Below, one piece after another: positions 49,465 through 61,821 of a stretch of 64,000 nucleotides of DNA. Position numbers and translations under genes: made by a program. Under the pieces are notes generated by a model, which was not told where the DNA came from, searched no databases, and saw only the letters and a list, made by a program, of their open reading frames with translations. Numbering within the stretch: position 1 is the stretch's first letter; each line of letters starts with the position of its first letter. Source of the DNA: the human T2T-CHM13v2.0 reference genome, Homo sapiens; NCBI RefSeq assembly GCF_009914755.1, contig NC_060947.1; one strand, 5' to 3'.

Positions 49465-50468
49465 TGATGTATTACATTTTTAAAATGTTTTCTAAGTGGA
49501 ATAATATATTGTATAACCTTTTGGGACTGGCTTTTTTTCACTAACCATAATGCCCTGAAGTTTCATCCAAGATGTGTGTATTGCTGAGTAGTATTCGATG
49601 GTATGGATGGACCATAGTTTTTAAAATCCATTTACTTACTAAAGGATATCTGGGGTTTTCAGTTTTGGGCTATTACAAGTAAAGCTGCTATGAACAGATT
49701 TTTGTGTGAACTTAAATTTTCACTTCTTTGGGGTAAATTCCCAAGGGTACAATTGCTAGGCTATGTGGTACCTGGATGTTTAATCTTATAAGACACTGCC
49801 ACTCTTTTTTCCAGAGTGGCTGTATCATATTACATTTCTACCATCAGTGAATTGTATAAGTGATCCAGCTTCTCCGCACCCTTGCCAGTATTTGGTGTTG
49901 TCACTATTTTTTATTTTGGCTATTCTGATATCTCATTATGGTTTTAATTTGCATTTCCCTTGTGGCAAATAATTTTGAATACCTTTTTATGTGTTTGTTA
50001 TATATAAGCCTTATTTCCTGAAATGTCTCTTTATGTCTTTACCCATTTATATATCCTGAAGAACAGCTTCGTGGCTGCTAGGGGTTAGGGATGGAGGTGT
50101 GGGGGAAGGGGATGAAGGAGAAAAATGGGTATGTTTAGAAATGGACAGAACAAAAGATCCTTGGGTTATGGAACTGTTCTATATCTTGATTGTAGTGGTA
50201 GTCACATAAACCTACAAGGTGATAAAAATGCATAGAACTAAATACACACAAGTGCACACTAGCACAAATGAGTACAAGTAAAACTGGGTAAATATAGATA
50301 GCTGGATTGTATTAATATCAATATCCTGGCTGTAACATTTTGCCATAGTTTTGCAAAACATTACCATTGGGGGAAACTGGGCAAAAGATACATGAAATTT
50401 CTCTGTATTGTTTATTACAACTGCATGTGAGTCTACAATTATATCAATAAGAATTCAATGAAAAAAAG
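49465..50468 (+). mobile_element. L1MC/MD 3' fragment with an inverted upstream part (49465-~50049 antisense, ~50058-50468 sense)
   Basis: Antisense ttttgggactggc...; sense gaacagcttcgtggctgctagggg...ttaccattgggggaaactggg...A tail. Confidence 0.78.
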
Positions 50469-50699
50469 TAACTGGAGACAGTATCTGTGTTAAATGCCTT
50501 GCTCTTTTTTCCCATAAGACATCACCCTCTTACTAAAGACTGGTAGATAGATAATTCAGTATGTTGTGGATATTTAACACAGCCTATATAGATGTAGTGA
50601 TGATAGGCCCAAGCAGAGTACAGATAACCATCTGTAATGGATCAGGGAATCTTAGGCACCATCAATGATGAATTAATCATGCAATTTGTTTAAGCTGTG

Positions 50700-51079
50700 T
50701 GATATGGTTTGGATTTGTGTCCCCGCCCAAATCTCATGTTGAATTGTAATCCCCAGTGTTGGAGGAGGGGCCTGGTGGGAGGTGATTGGATCATGGGGGC
50801 AGATTTCCACCTTGCTATTCTTGTGATAGTGAGTTCTCATGACATCTGGTTGTTTGAAACTGTGTAGCACCTCCCCCTTTGCTCTATTCCTCCTGCACTG
50901 GTCATGTAACACGTGCCTCTTTCCTCTTCGCCTTCCGCTATGATTGTAAGTTTCCTGAGACCTCCCCAGCCATGCTTCCTGTACAGCCTGTGGAACCATG
51001 AGCCAATTAAACCTCTTTTCTTCATAAATTACCCAATCTCAGGTAGTTCTTTACGGTAATGCGAGAATGGATTAATACA
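50700..51079 (+). mobile_element. MSTA solo LTR
   Basis: tgatatggtttggatttgtgtccccgcccaaatctcatgttgaattgtaatcccc...ggattaataca. Confidence 0.93.
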
Positions 51080-51415
51080 CTTTATCTAACATAGCTTTAT
51101 GTGTGCAAAGCCCATGTCTGCATATGTTACTTATTTATTGCCTACCTATACACTACTGTGTGCTCAATAAAGGTTTACTAGATCAACAAATAAATTAATG
51201 AATTGATGAACAAATATTGTCCCAGAGAAACTTGTCAAATGCAATGAGAACTTGCAGAGGACAATGGAGCATGGGATTAGGAATTACAATGATACCAAGG
51301 TTGTCTGTGGCCAAGATAACTAGGTTTCATTTTTTATGTATTATAAAAGTAATATATACTCATTGCAGGCAATGTGAAAAACACAAAAAGCATAAAACTA
51401 TGCATAAATAATTTA

Positions 51416-51715
<300 letters not shown>

Positions 51716-52064
51716 AATAATTTAATATTTTAACCACTAGGAGATACTCACTAATGCCTTGGCCAATTTCATTTTAGTATAATGTATCTATATCACACAC
51801 ACACGTATGCACACAAACACACAGAAACACACATTTTCTCTTTCATGAATTGCTGTACCTGTCCTTAATCTATTTTTCCATTAGGGTCATAGCATTTTCC
51901 TTTCAATTTGTATTAGCTCTTTATGTATTGGGGTAATAATCTTTTGCCACACTTATTACTAATAGTTCTCTAGTTTATTATTTGCTTTTTACATTTTATT
52001 TATGATTTTCAGCATTCAGGAGTGTTAGATTTGCATGCAGCCAATGTGTAGCTCTTTCTCTCAA

Positions 52065-52365
52065 AGAGGCAGTGCAGTGAGGAGTGTCACTTTCAGGTGG
52101 AAACTGGACTCTGTCAAATGCTAACAGGGGGACCCTGAGCCACTTATCTTCTCTCTCTATGACTAAGTTTTATTGCCTGCAAAATGTGGATAATGATACC
52201 TACATTATTGTTTGTGAGGACTAGAAATAATGTCTTCATTGGTAACATGAGGAAAATAATAATTTCTACTTGATAACTTTGATATGAAGATTAAATGAGA
52301 TAATGCATATAAAAAAGTTAACATAGTACCTGGGATGCAGTAAGTGCTCAGTGTTAGTTATTATT
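52065..52365 (+). mobile_element. Two tandem MIR fragments
   Basis: ctgcaaaatgtggataatgatacctac; gaagattaaatgagataatgcatataaa...gtaagtgctca. Confidence 0.7.
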
Positions 52366-52774
52366 CCTTTACTGCACTTATCTATAGGGATTCTTTTTCA
52401 TTCAGCAGAAAATACTCATCTGTATTTCCCATATGTATATTACAATTGCCTCTTTGATCCACTTGGAATTTGTTTTGGAATGAGACTCTAGTTCTGCTAC
52501 ATGAAGCACTTTCCCTACACAATTTATCAAAGAAAAGTTTTTGGTTAATTGAAAAGAGGCCCTAGCTTCTTAGTCAGTTTTGAGAATCTGATAATTTTTT
52601 CAAATGTTGCTGCTGCTGTTTGTCGGAGCAGATGCATCTGAATCTGGTGTGGGTACAGGTTTGTGATGAGGCCTTCATAATGTCAATTTCCTACAACATA
52701 TCTCCATAAAATGGTTGTAAATGGTACAATGTTTATTTTTTATTCAGAATTGTTTCATAAGCATTTTGGGCTTG

Positions 52775-52912
52775 GCTAAGCTAGAACCCTGCAACATCAG
52801 AATAGTGTGGGGGCTTGTTAGAAATGCAGAATCTCAGGCCCTGCTGCAGATCTTCTGAATCCCGATCTGCATTTTAATCAGAGCCCATGAAAGTCTGAGA
52901 AATACTAAGCTA
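52775..52912 (+). mobile_element. MER5A1
   Basis: gcttgttagaaatgcagaatctcaggccc...tctgcattttaa. Confidence 0.8.
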
Positions 52913-52915
52913 GAT

Positions 52916-53120
52916 CATACTTAAGTATATGTATATAATATGTATATATACTTAACATATAAATATAATATATTAATACATATATAATGTATACTTAATA
53001 TTAAGTATACATTAAGTATACGTTATATATAATATGTATATATGTATGTATTAATATAAAGTATACTTTATATATAATGTGTATATATCGTATATATGTA
53101 TGTATATACACATACATATT
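52916..53120. repeat. AT-rich (TA/TATG) low-complexity tract containing a 30-bp palindrome
   Basis: Directly visible. Confidence 0.9.
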
Positions 53121-53398
53121 TTTTTCTTGCAAAGTAATGGATGTTCATTGTGTAATATTTGGAAATTTTAGTAAAGTTCAAAGAAATAAAAATTATATAA
53201 ATTCCAATCACCTAGAGATACATTGCATATATTATATATTCTAATATATGATATATTATAACATAGAATATAACCACTTGTGAATATTATGGATTTTTTC
53301 TAGAATTTTATTCAGGATTTTATTTTTTTACTTTGGCATTATAGTATATGTATTTTTGTATATCCAGATTATTACCTGACATTTCCACACATACTAAA

Positions 53399-53691
<293 letters not shown>

Positions 53692-54009
53692 AATATTTTT
53701 CAAAATCATAGTTTTTATTGGCTGCATGATAATCCACCATAGGGATAAAGCTTAGGCATAACTCCACTGTTAAATAGTCAGATTATTTCTAACTCATTGC
53801 TAGTATGGTGTGAACATTTTTGCACATGCATTTTAAACAAATATCTGATTAACTCCCAAAGATACGTTCCTACAGGATTAAAGAGTAAGAATTATTTTGG
53901 GAATCTTGATGTATGTGGCCTAATTATAGCAACAATCTCCCTTTCACAGCAGTATACAAACATGCTTACTTTGGTATCTTTTCTGGGCAGTATTTTTTCC
54001 TAATTCTTC

Positions 54010-55315
54010 ATGTTGAATTAATTATAGATTTATGGCATGTTGGAACGGTAGTAATAGAATCTCTTGAGCCCTTCATCCAATCTCCGCAATGGTGCAATCT
54101 GAGACAACTGTAGTACAATAGCAGAGCTAAGAAACTGATATTAGTGCAGTACAATTGAACTACAGACCTTATTTGTATTTCACCAGTTTTTATATACACT
54201 ATGTGTGTGTGTGTGTGCATGTACATGTACACACATGTCTAGCTCTAGGCCATTTGATTCATCCATAAATTTGTGCAATCACCATCACAATCATGACACA
54301 AAACTGTTCTGTCTCCACAAAGGAACTCCCCTGTGCTACCCCTTTATATTCACATCCATCTCCTACCCTAGTCTCTGTCCCCTGGCAACCACTAGTCTGT
54401 TCTCCATTTTTATGGTTTTGTCATTTAAAAGATATTATATAAATGCAATCATATAGTATGTAATCTTTTGAAATTTACTTTTTATTCACTCAGAATGATG
54501 CACCTGAGTACCATTCAAATTGATGCATGTATCAAAAATTTCACTCCTTTTTGTTGCTGGGTAGTATTCCATTGCAGAAATGTACCAGAGTTTGTACCAG
54601 GGATATTTTAGTTGCTTTCAGTTTTCAAGTACTATGAATAAAGCTGCCATGAAAATTCATGTACAGGTTTTTATGTGGATGTAAGTTTTTATTTCTCTGA
54701 GATAAATGCCCAAGAGTGCAATTGCTGGGTTGTGTGGTAAGTGATTATGTAGTTTTGTCATACTCTTCTGGAGTGGTTGTATCATTTTACTTTCCCACCA
54801 GCAATGTATGAATGATTCCACTTCCACGTTCTCTCAAGCATTTGGTGATGTCACTACTTTTATTTTGGCCATTCTGATAGGTAGTTAATGATGTCTCATA
54901 GTTTCAGTGTGTATTTTCCTGATGGCTAATATTGAGCATATCTTCATGTGCTTATTTGTCATCATAGCTTCTCTTTGGCAAAATGTCTATTCATGTCTTT
55001 TGCACAATTTCTAGTTATATCATTTTCTTTTTACTTTTGAGAGTCCTTTATATACTCTGTTTAAGGTATGGAGTCTATTTACCAGTGCTGTACCAATTTA
55101 AATCTCCTGGTTTTGATTTGGTAGTACAGTTATATAAGATGGCATCATTCGTAGTAAATTTATATGTCAATCCAGTGGAGACTAAGATAAGAGTTCAAGG
55201 ACTCTGCTATTAAAGTGATTATCTTTTTCAGATATGGGTTTTGCAAGTATTTTCTCCCAGTTGTTAAGCTGATTTTCATCCTCTTAACACTGTCTTTCAC
55301 AGAGCAAAAGTTTCG
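54010..55315 (-). mobile_element. L1MC-type 3' fragment
   Basis: cctggcaaccactagtctgttctccatt, gataaatgcccaagagtgcaattgctggg, cagagcaaaagttt. Confidence 0.82.
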
Positions 55316-56255
55316 ACATGGTTTAGTGAAAAGAATAGATGAGAAGTAGCAAGTGGAATGTGGACAGATACAAAGGAGCACCACTGCTTACCAGCTTAAC
55401 GGAGAGCTCTTTGTAGTCTCTGGAAGCAGATATGAAAACATTTCGTGTCACCTTAGTGGTGTTACACTGATCTCCTCCTCCCTACTCTGGCCCCATCTCC
55501 TGCGTCTGGCTGCAGGACCCACTACATTGTGATTCCTACCTTTGGCAGGAAATAGATAAAGGGCCCCTGCCACAGAAGGACTTTGACTTCTTATCCAGCT
55601 CCATTATTTCTCTTGGCTATTTTTCAGTCTCTTGGAGTATCAGCCTTCTGCCCTGCATCTTGCCTCTAGCAGCCTGGTTTCCCAGCCTCTCCTTGAGTGC
55701 TTGCACTAGGTCAATGACCATTCTCCTGCATGAGCCTCCTCTTGTCACGGCTTCTAACACACATGCTCTGTGGTAACTGCTAGCCTGAAGAAAAATCACA
55801 AAAAATTTTGTTACAAGTAGTTGCACAGACTAATAAAATAGCCATTTTAATGCTGGAGAACTGAGGCTGGGCAAAATGTCAAGATCATGTTTCAATCTAT
55901 TTGAAGGCAGAAGATGAGGATGGCACTTATGCCCCACCTATTAGTGACCAGGGATGAAAATACAACAGCTGCATAGACAAGGCACTACACCTTGTAGAGT
56001 CCTGCCCTTCTGTACTTGAGAGAATACAAAATATATGAGAAAGACAAGATTATAAAGGGGAGAGAATATTCATATTTATTCTTTCAGAGTTCAGGTATCA
56101 TGAACCATATCCAAATCCAATCTGCTTTTGTTTGATGTACGTGATTAATCTTACAGATAAACATGTGTTGATTAGAGGAAATGGCATTCCTCTTGTTTGT
56201 CTTCCAATTCCAGACTTAAGATCATTTTGTGAATCTAAGAAATTTTTCATGAGCA

Positions 56256-56468
56256 CCAACGGTGTGCTGGAGCTAGCTCATACCTTCTTGCAAGAACTCA
56301 TTATGCACATCTCTTCCCAGCTCTGTGTTAAGTGAAATAAAGTTGCTAACTTGAAATCAGTCATGGTGGAAATATTTACACCATAAAACCAGCAAACACT
56401 ACAAATCAGAACTTACTTTCCTTTCTTTTGGGGAACCAGTTGTTCAACATCTACTCATATACCACTGG
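56256..56468 (+). mobile_element. MER63 hAT-Blackjack DNA transposon
   Basis: ccaacggtgtgctggagctagctc...acttgaaatcagtcatggtggaaatatttacacc...ataccactgg. Confidence 0.78.
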
Positions 56469-56613
56469 GTGCCTACCATTGGCTGTTGTGTAGACTCCGG
56501 GAGATAAGAGATAATCCTCTCTCAGGCACCTCACAGTCTGGGAATTACAATCCCCTTTTGGAAACCAAACCTCTTCTGTCAGCTCCTCTGTTCAGTAGTC
56601 TCACCCTAGCTAA

Positions 56614-56932
<319 letters not shown>

Positions 56933-58475
56933 CTCTCCCTTTCTTTTCAGCCCTTCCTTTTTGCTTTTTGGGAACTCCCATTTCATTCTTACGCAGTTTT
57001 TTTATCATCTCAATACTTTTCCCAACCACCTTCAACATTTCCTTGCCTTCATTGAAGGTTGGATTTTTGAGGGCAGCCTTTTTTTGTGGCTCTCTCAAAT
57101 GGAACATGCTCAATATCCCATGTCCTCAGCCTCTAAGGGACCCCAGGGAGGAGCTACCATTCTGTTGGCATTCTGTGGCTGTTTCCAGACCATTACTGCA
57201 ATACTTTTATTTAATATCTCCTCTTTCTACAGGATCTAGTCAGACTATCCCTCCTTCATTAACCCAAAGAGGGAACACAATAGAAGGAGCAGGTTTGGGA
57301 AGAAAGAATTTGACAGGGGTGGTACTGGTGGAACATCTAGGTGGAAGATGTCCAGCCAGATATTGGACATGCAGCTACCAAGGATCTTTGTAAGCAAGCA
57401 ACTTTGTTGAAATTTCCTCAGATTCATATGGGGGATTTATTTCTTCCTATATCTTTTCTACCCTCAGGACTGGATAAGGAAAAAATTACCTATGAGAGAT
57501 GAGGTAAGATTCTGTTTTACCTCACAAATCATTAAGTTAAAATGAATTTATGTTCAACATAGTTTCAGTGATATTTCATTTTTATTCTTCAAAAATTGAG
57601 GATCCATTAGCATATGACATACAGTGGTGATTCACAAATCAGATTGCCTTTCAGAATAATCTGGGACATTTATTTAAAATACACATTCTTGGCAACAGAA
57701 TATCCCAACATTCTCCAATGTTCAGTTAACTAGATAATCCTTTTCTGACCATTCTGACTAATTAAAGTACACTTCATTTTATGGGTCCAGGGAAGCAAAA
57801 TATAAGCTTGCAACATACAAGCTTGATAACCCTGATTTTTCTGTTTCATAACAAATAACACAGGAAAGAAGAGAAGGAATCATAGCCTACACTGGGATCT
57901 GTCTTCCTTTCTATATATTCTATCCCATCTTGAGCATGCATGCCGCAGCCTGATACTGATAGTGATAGTGATTGGAGTAGTACATGTATCAGTGAATTGC
58001 TGAGAACATTAAATGGTTATTGTTTAAGGGGCTTAGAACAGTGTCTGGCACATGGTAAGTGTGATATAAATATTAACTTGTATATAAAGATTTTCCAGAT
58101 CCCCTAACTCATTGGTGAAGTGTCTGCTGATTGACTCGTAGCATACGTAAACAGGCTGTGTTGGCTTATTTGTTTTGTTCTATTCTGACTATATAGGGAG
58201 AGTAGGCATCTTCATTTCTATGGAGTCTCCCTTCATGTACTTCAAGATTATTAAGTTCCCATCTTGGCTTCTTGCTTCAAGTTCAATAATTATACATATT
58301 TTTATCTTTCATTGTAGCTCATGTTTTCCTACATCTAAATAACCTCTTTCCTGTTCCCCTAACACATTCCGAAGAACTATTTTGCCCATTGAGTGAGTAT
58401 TCCTTTAGATGACTTTTATAATGGAAGAATAAATGGTCTCATATTTTCGAAAGGCCCATGAGACAGAGTCTAAGT

Positions 58476-58652
58476 CAGTGCTCCTCAAAATGTGATGTGC
58501 GTCAGAATCATTTGTGGCTCTTATTACAAATAAGGATGCTTTTACTCCACCCTGAAGATTTTGATTCAGTAGGTCTGCGTTGGGGCTTTGAGAGGTGTGT
58601 TTTTCAAAACCTTACAGTAAGATTCTGAAGTATAAGCGTTGAGAGCCACTAC
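58476..58652 (-). mobile_element. MER5A/B
   Basis: cagtgctcctcaaa...tgattcagtaggtctg...ttgagagccact. Confidence 0.75.
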
Positions 58653-58824
58653 ACTAGGGCATATGCTTACCCGCTAACAATCAGCTAGTTCTACTGGGTT
58701 CAAATACTCAAGAGGCTCCTCCATGGGCATTTGGAGCTTAATGCAGTCAGGTATTACAATCCTGTGCTCACAAGGGACTCTGTGATTATTATCATCATTA
58801 TTAACAATATTAAAATGGACTAAT

Positions 58825-59200
58825 AAAGGGTTAACACTTATATAGCACTATGTGCCAGGCAATGTTGTAAGTGCATTACATAAACATACATAAATCAAGG
58901 CATTTAATCTCCATAACTTTATGAGGTAGGGACTACCTCTCTTACCCTATTTAGCAGAACCACCTACCATCCTTGTTTTCAGATACAGAAACAGAGACAC
59001 AGAAAAAATAATAGCTAACTTTATTGACCACTTACCCTCTGCCAGGTTCTAGCTTTAGTAAATCCCTCACTTGCATCTAATTCTCACAACACTTAATGAG
59101 TACAGCGTGGCCTCATTGAGGTAGGTCCTTTTCCAAAGTTAATGCTGCTGGTCAGTGGCATCACCAGAACAGTATCCTAGGTCTTCACTGATCTAAAAGT
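58825..59200 (-). mobile_element. Two MIR fragments
   Basis: tatgtgccaggc...tatgaggtagg...cagatacagaaacagagacacaga; tttattgaccacttacc. Confidence 0.7.
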
Positions 59201-60206
59201 CTGTGGGATCTGGTTGTCAAGATAGGTTAGCAGCTTTTTCTTTTAATAGTATGGGTATAACCCCATTATTATACTGACTTGTAGACACTTTTATGATGAG
59301 TTAAAGGAGCTGGGAAAGAAAGTATTCTTTGAAAAGCCTTTGGAAGCCCTCTCTTGAAGTAAGTGGGAGAAGTTTAATTCAACGTGTTGTTTGAAACAGA
59401 TTCCCCTAAGTGTGAATCTAAGAAGTTAGGGCGGGAACTTCCTTCATGCCTCCCTCAATTGACCCTGGATTTTTCAGAGAATGAAACAGTAGAGAAGGGG
59501 TTAATTGTAAGGGTGCCCTAGCTGAAAATTTTTACTCCCTCTTAAATCTAAGAATGTTCTGAAACAAGCCTCAGAGCACGTGACAAAGGTATTTCTGATG
59601 CATCTAGATGTGAGAAGCAGTGCCTTTGCGTAAAAAAACAGTGGAATTTAAGAGGACATTTTTGGTGGATTAAGGAGGCAAACAACTTGGAACTGTTCTG
59701 GAAAATCTGTTCACTGTGCACTAGCTGGGAGGCTAGTCAAGATGATAAAAATTTTAGCCTTCTCATGTAGGAATTATGTGTTCCTAGAGACAAGACAGGA
59801 AAGCTCTTGCTATAGTTCTTTTAATTGCCTAGGAGACTAAGAATGTTGTTCTCTTGGGCAGAGTTTTGGATTTCCCCAGCTCTGGATGGGCAGATGTATT
59901 TTGGGACTAGAAGATATTTTTCAGACTCAAAGGGTAAAAACAACTAAACAACTTATTTGGAGTGCAGGAATTTCCTATCTTTCAATAAAATTAATGTTAT
60001 TTTTAAAAGCACAGATAATAATCAGCAACAATAGATAAATAGATATATGGGAAAGCACACAACGTAATCTGTCAATGTTTAGCAAAAGAAGAGAAATGTA
60101 AGGGGGAAAAGGAGTAAGTGAGGTGACAAAAGCCACATGCATATGTGGTGACAAATATGGACTCCTTTCCAGGAAAGAGTAGAGTATTTGGGGGATAGGG
60201 TAAGCA

Positions 60207-60371
60207 CCTTGCTACTCAATACATGATCTGCAGACCAGGCGCATGAGGTTTGCCTGGAAGCTTGCTGGAAATGCAGAATCTCAGACTCCATCCCAGGCGC
60301 ACTGAAACTGCATTGCATTTTAACAACCTCGACAGATGATTTGTTCTGACGTTAAACTTTGAAAAGTACTG
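60207..60371 (+). mobile_element. MER5A1
   Basis: cctggaagcttgctggaaatgcagaatctcag...tgcattttaacaa...aaactttgaaaagtactg. Confidence 0.8.
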
Positions 60372-60547
60372 GGGTAGAAGACTGACTTAAGATCTCCTTT
60401 TGTTTGCTGCTCCATTTTTATGTATTCTTTGGGAGGAAATCCCTTTTGTTTGAAGGAAAAATGTCTCTAGTGAGTGGTGAATGTAGAGATCAACCTTGGA
60501 GAGAGCCTGGAAGCGTATTACTGTCTCCTTCTCTGGTTCTGACAGTG

Positions 60548-60612
60548 AAAACAACAACAACAACAACAACAACAAACAAAAAACAGAAACAAAACAAAAA
60601 AGAAAAACCAAA
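60548..60612. repeat. (CAA)n / A-rich simple repeat
   Basis: aacaacaacaacaacaacaacaacaaacaaaaaacagaaacaaaac. Confidence 0.9.
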
Positions 60613-61456
60613 GCAACACCCAACCCTTTCTATTTACAATACTCTATATGATTTAAATAAGAACACAAAGATAATCATTACCCTCATTCTCCACAAACAT
60701 GCATGTGCAAGGCTTTGTAGATGTGACAGTTACTTGGTTGTGACAGTTTTGTTCAGAGTTGAAAAGTGCTGAGAAGCATCCCTAAATTGACTTCAAACTT
60801 GGGGTAGGTGAGAAACAGCTGGGGGGAGTTGAATGAAGTTGGTAGAGATTCATTCTGACAGGATAGCTATTAAGACTAAACACTTGTTTGATGGTGTGGG
60901 AGCCTGGAGCACTGGCTGTAATTGAAAGCCTGAATCTCCCTTTTGTAATACAAGTTGACAGTGAAGGCCTGATTGTTGAAAGTATTCTAAAGTTGTTTTC
61001 AGCATATATTGGGACTTTCTCTTATAATAAAAGGCATCAGTATGAAGCCATTTGTTTTATTCAGTAGACTATTGACAAGTGAGATTGTTGTGGCTTTCTC
61101 ATTATGGAACTGAATGAAAACAAGTTAAATGGTTTGAGTTCTGAATGTGGTAAGTATACAGTTTAGTAAAATAGACGCATTAGCAGCCAGAAATAACAAG
61201 GGGTAACTACCCACTAGTGGTGGGAATAGAGCTGTGCTTCTAGATGTAATACTATTTTGGAGGACTTCTGGGGACTAAAGAATACCATGAAATATTATTT
61301 TTGTGGATACATCCATTGTCATACTGAGATAGTTCCTAAACAGAGTCTACAAATAATAGCTAGATCTTGATTCCTCAGCAAAATGATCAAGATCTTTTTG
61401 ATCTTGCTAAGTCTATGACTTCCAGCTGAGGTTGCAGTTCCTTAAGAGTACATTAG

Positions 61457-61584
61457 GAGCCAGGTGTGGTGGCTTTCACTTGTAATCCCAGCTACTTGGG
61501 TTTATAATAGTTCAAAACTGTGGTGAACTGTGACCCTGGGACCATGCCACTGTACTGCAGCATGGGTAATAGAGTGAGATCCTG
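61457..61584 (+). mobile_element. Degenerate Alu monomer (FLAM/FRAM-like)
   Basis: gccaggtgtggtggc...tgtaatcccagctacttggg...catgccactgtactgcagcatgggtaatagagtgagatcctg. Confidence 0.7.
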
Positions 61585-61797
61585 AAGAAAGAAAGGAAGG
61601 AAGGAAGGAAGGAAGGAAGGAAGGAAGGAACAAGGAAAGAAAGAAGGAAAAAAAGAGAGAGAAAGAAGAAAGCAAGCAAGCAAGCAAGAAAGAAACAAAA
61701 GGGAATTGAAGGGAAGGGGAGGGAAGGGAGGGGAGGGGAGGGGAGGAGACGGGAAGGGAAGGGGCGGAAGGAAGGAGAAAAGAAAAGAAAAAGAGAA
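61585..61797. repeat. Polypurine compound repeat (GAAA)/(GGAA)n/(GCAA)/(GGGGA)n
   Basis: About 210 bp of almost pure purines, grown from the Alu tail. Confidence 0.95.
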
Positions 61798-61821
61798 CTT
61801 TGGTGAAAAGTGGCAAGGGAA

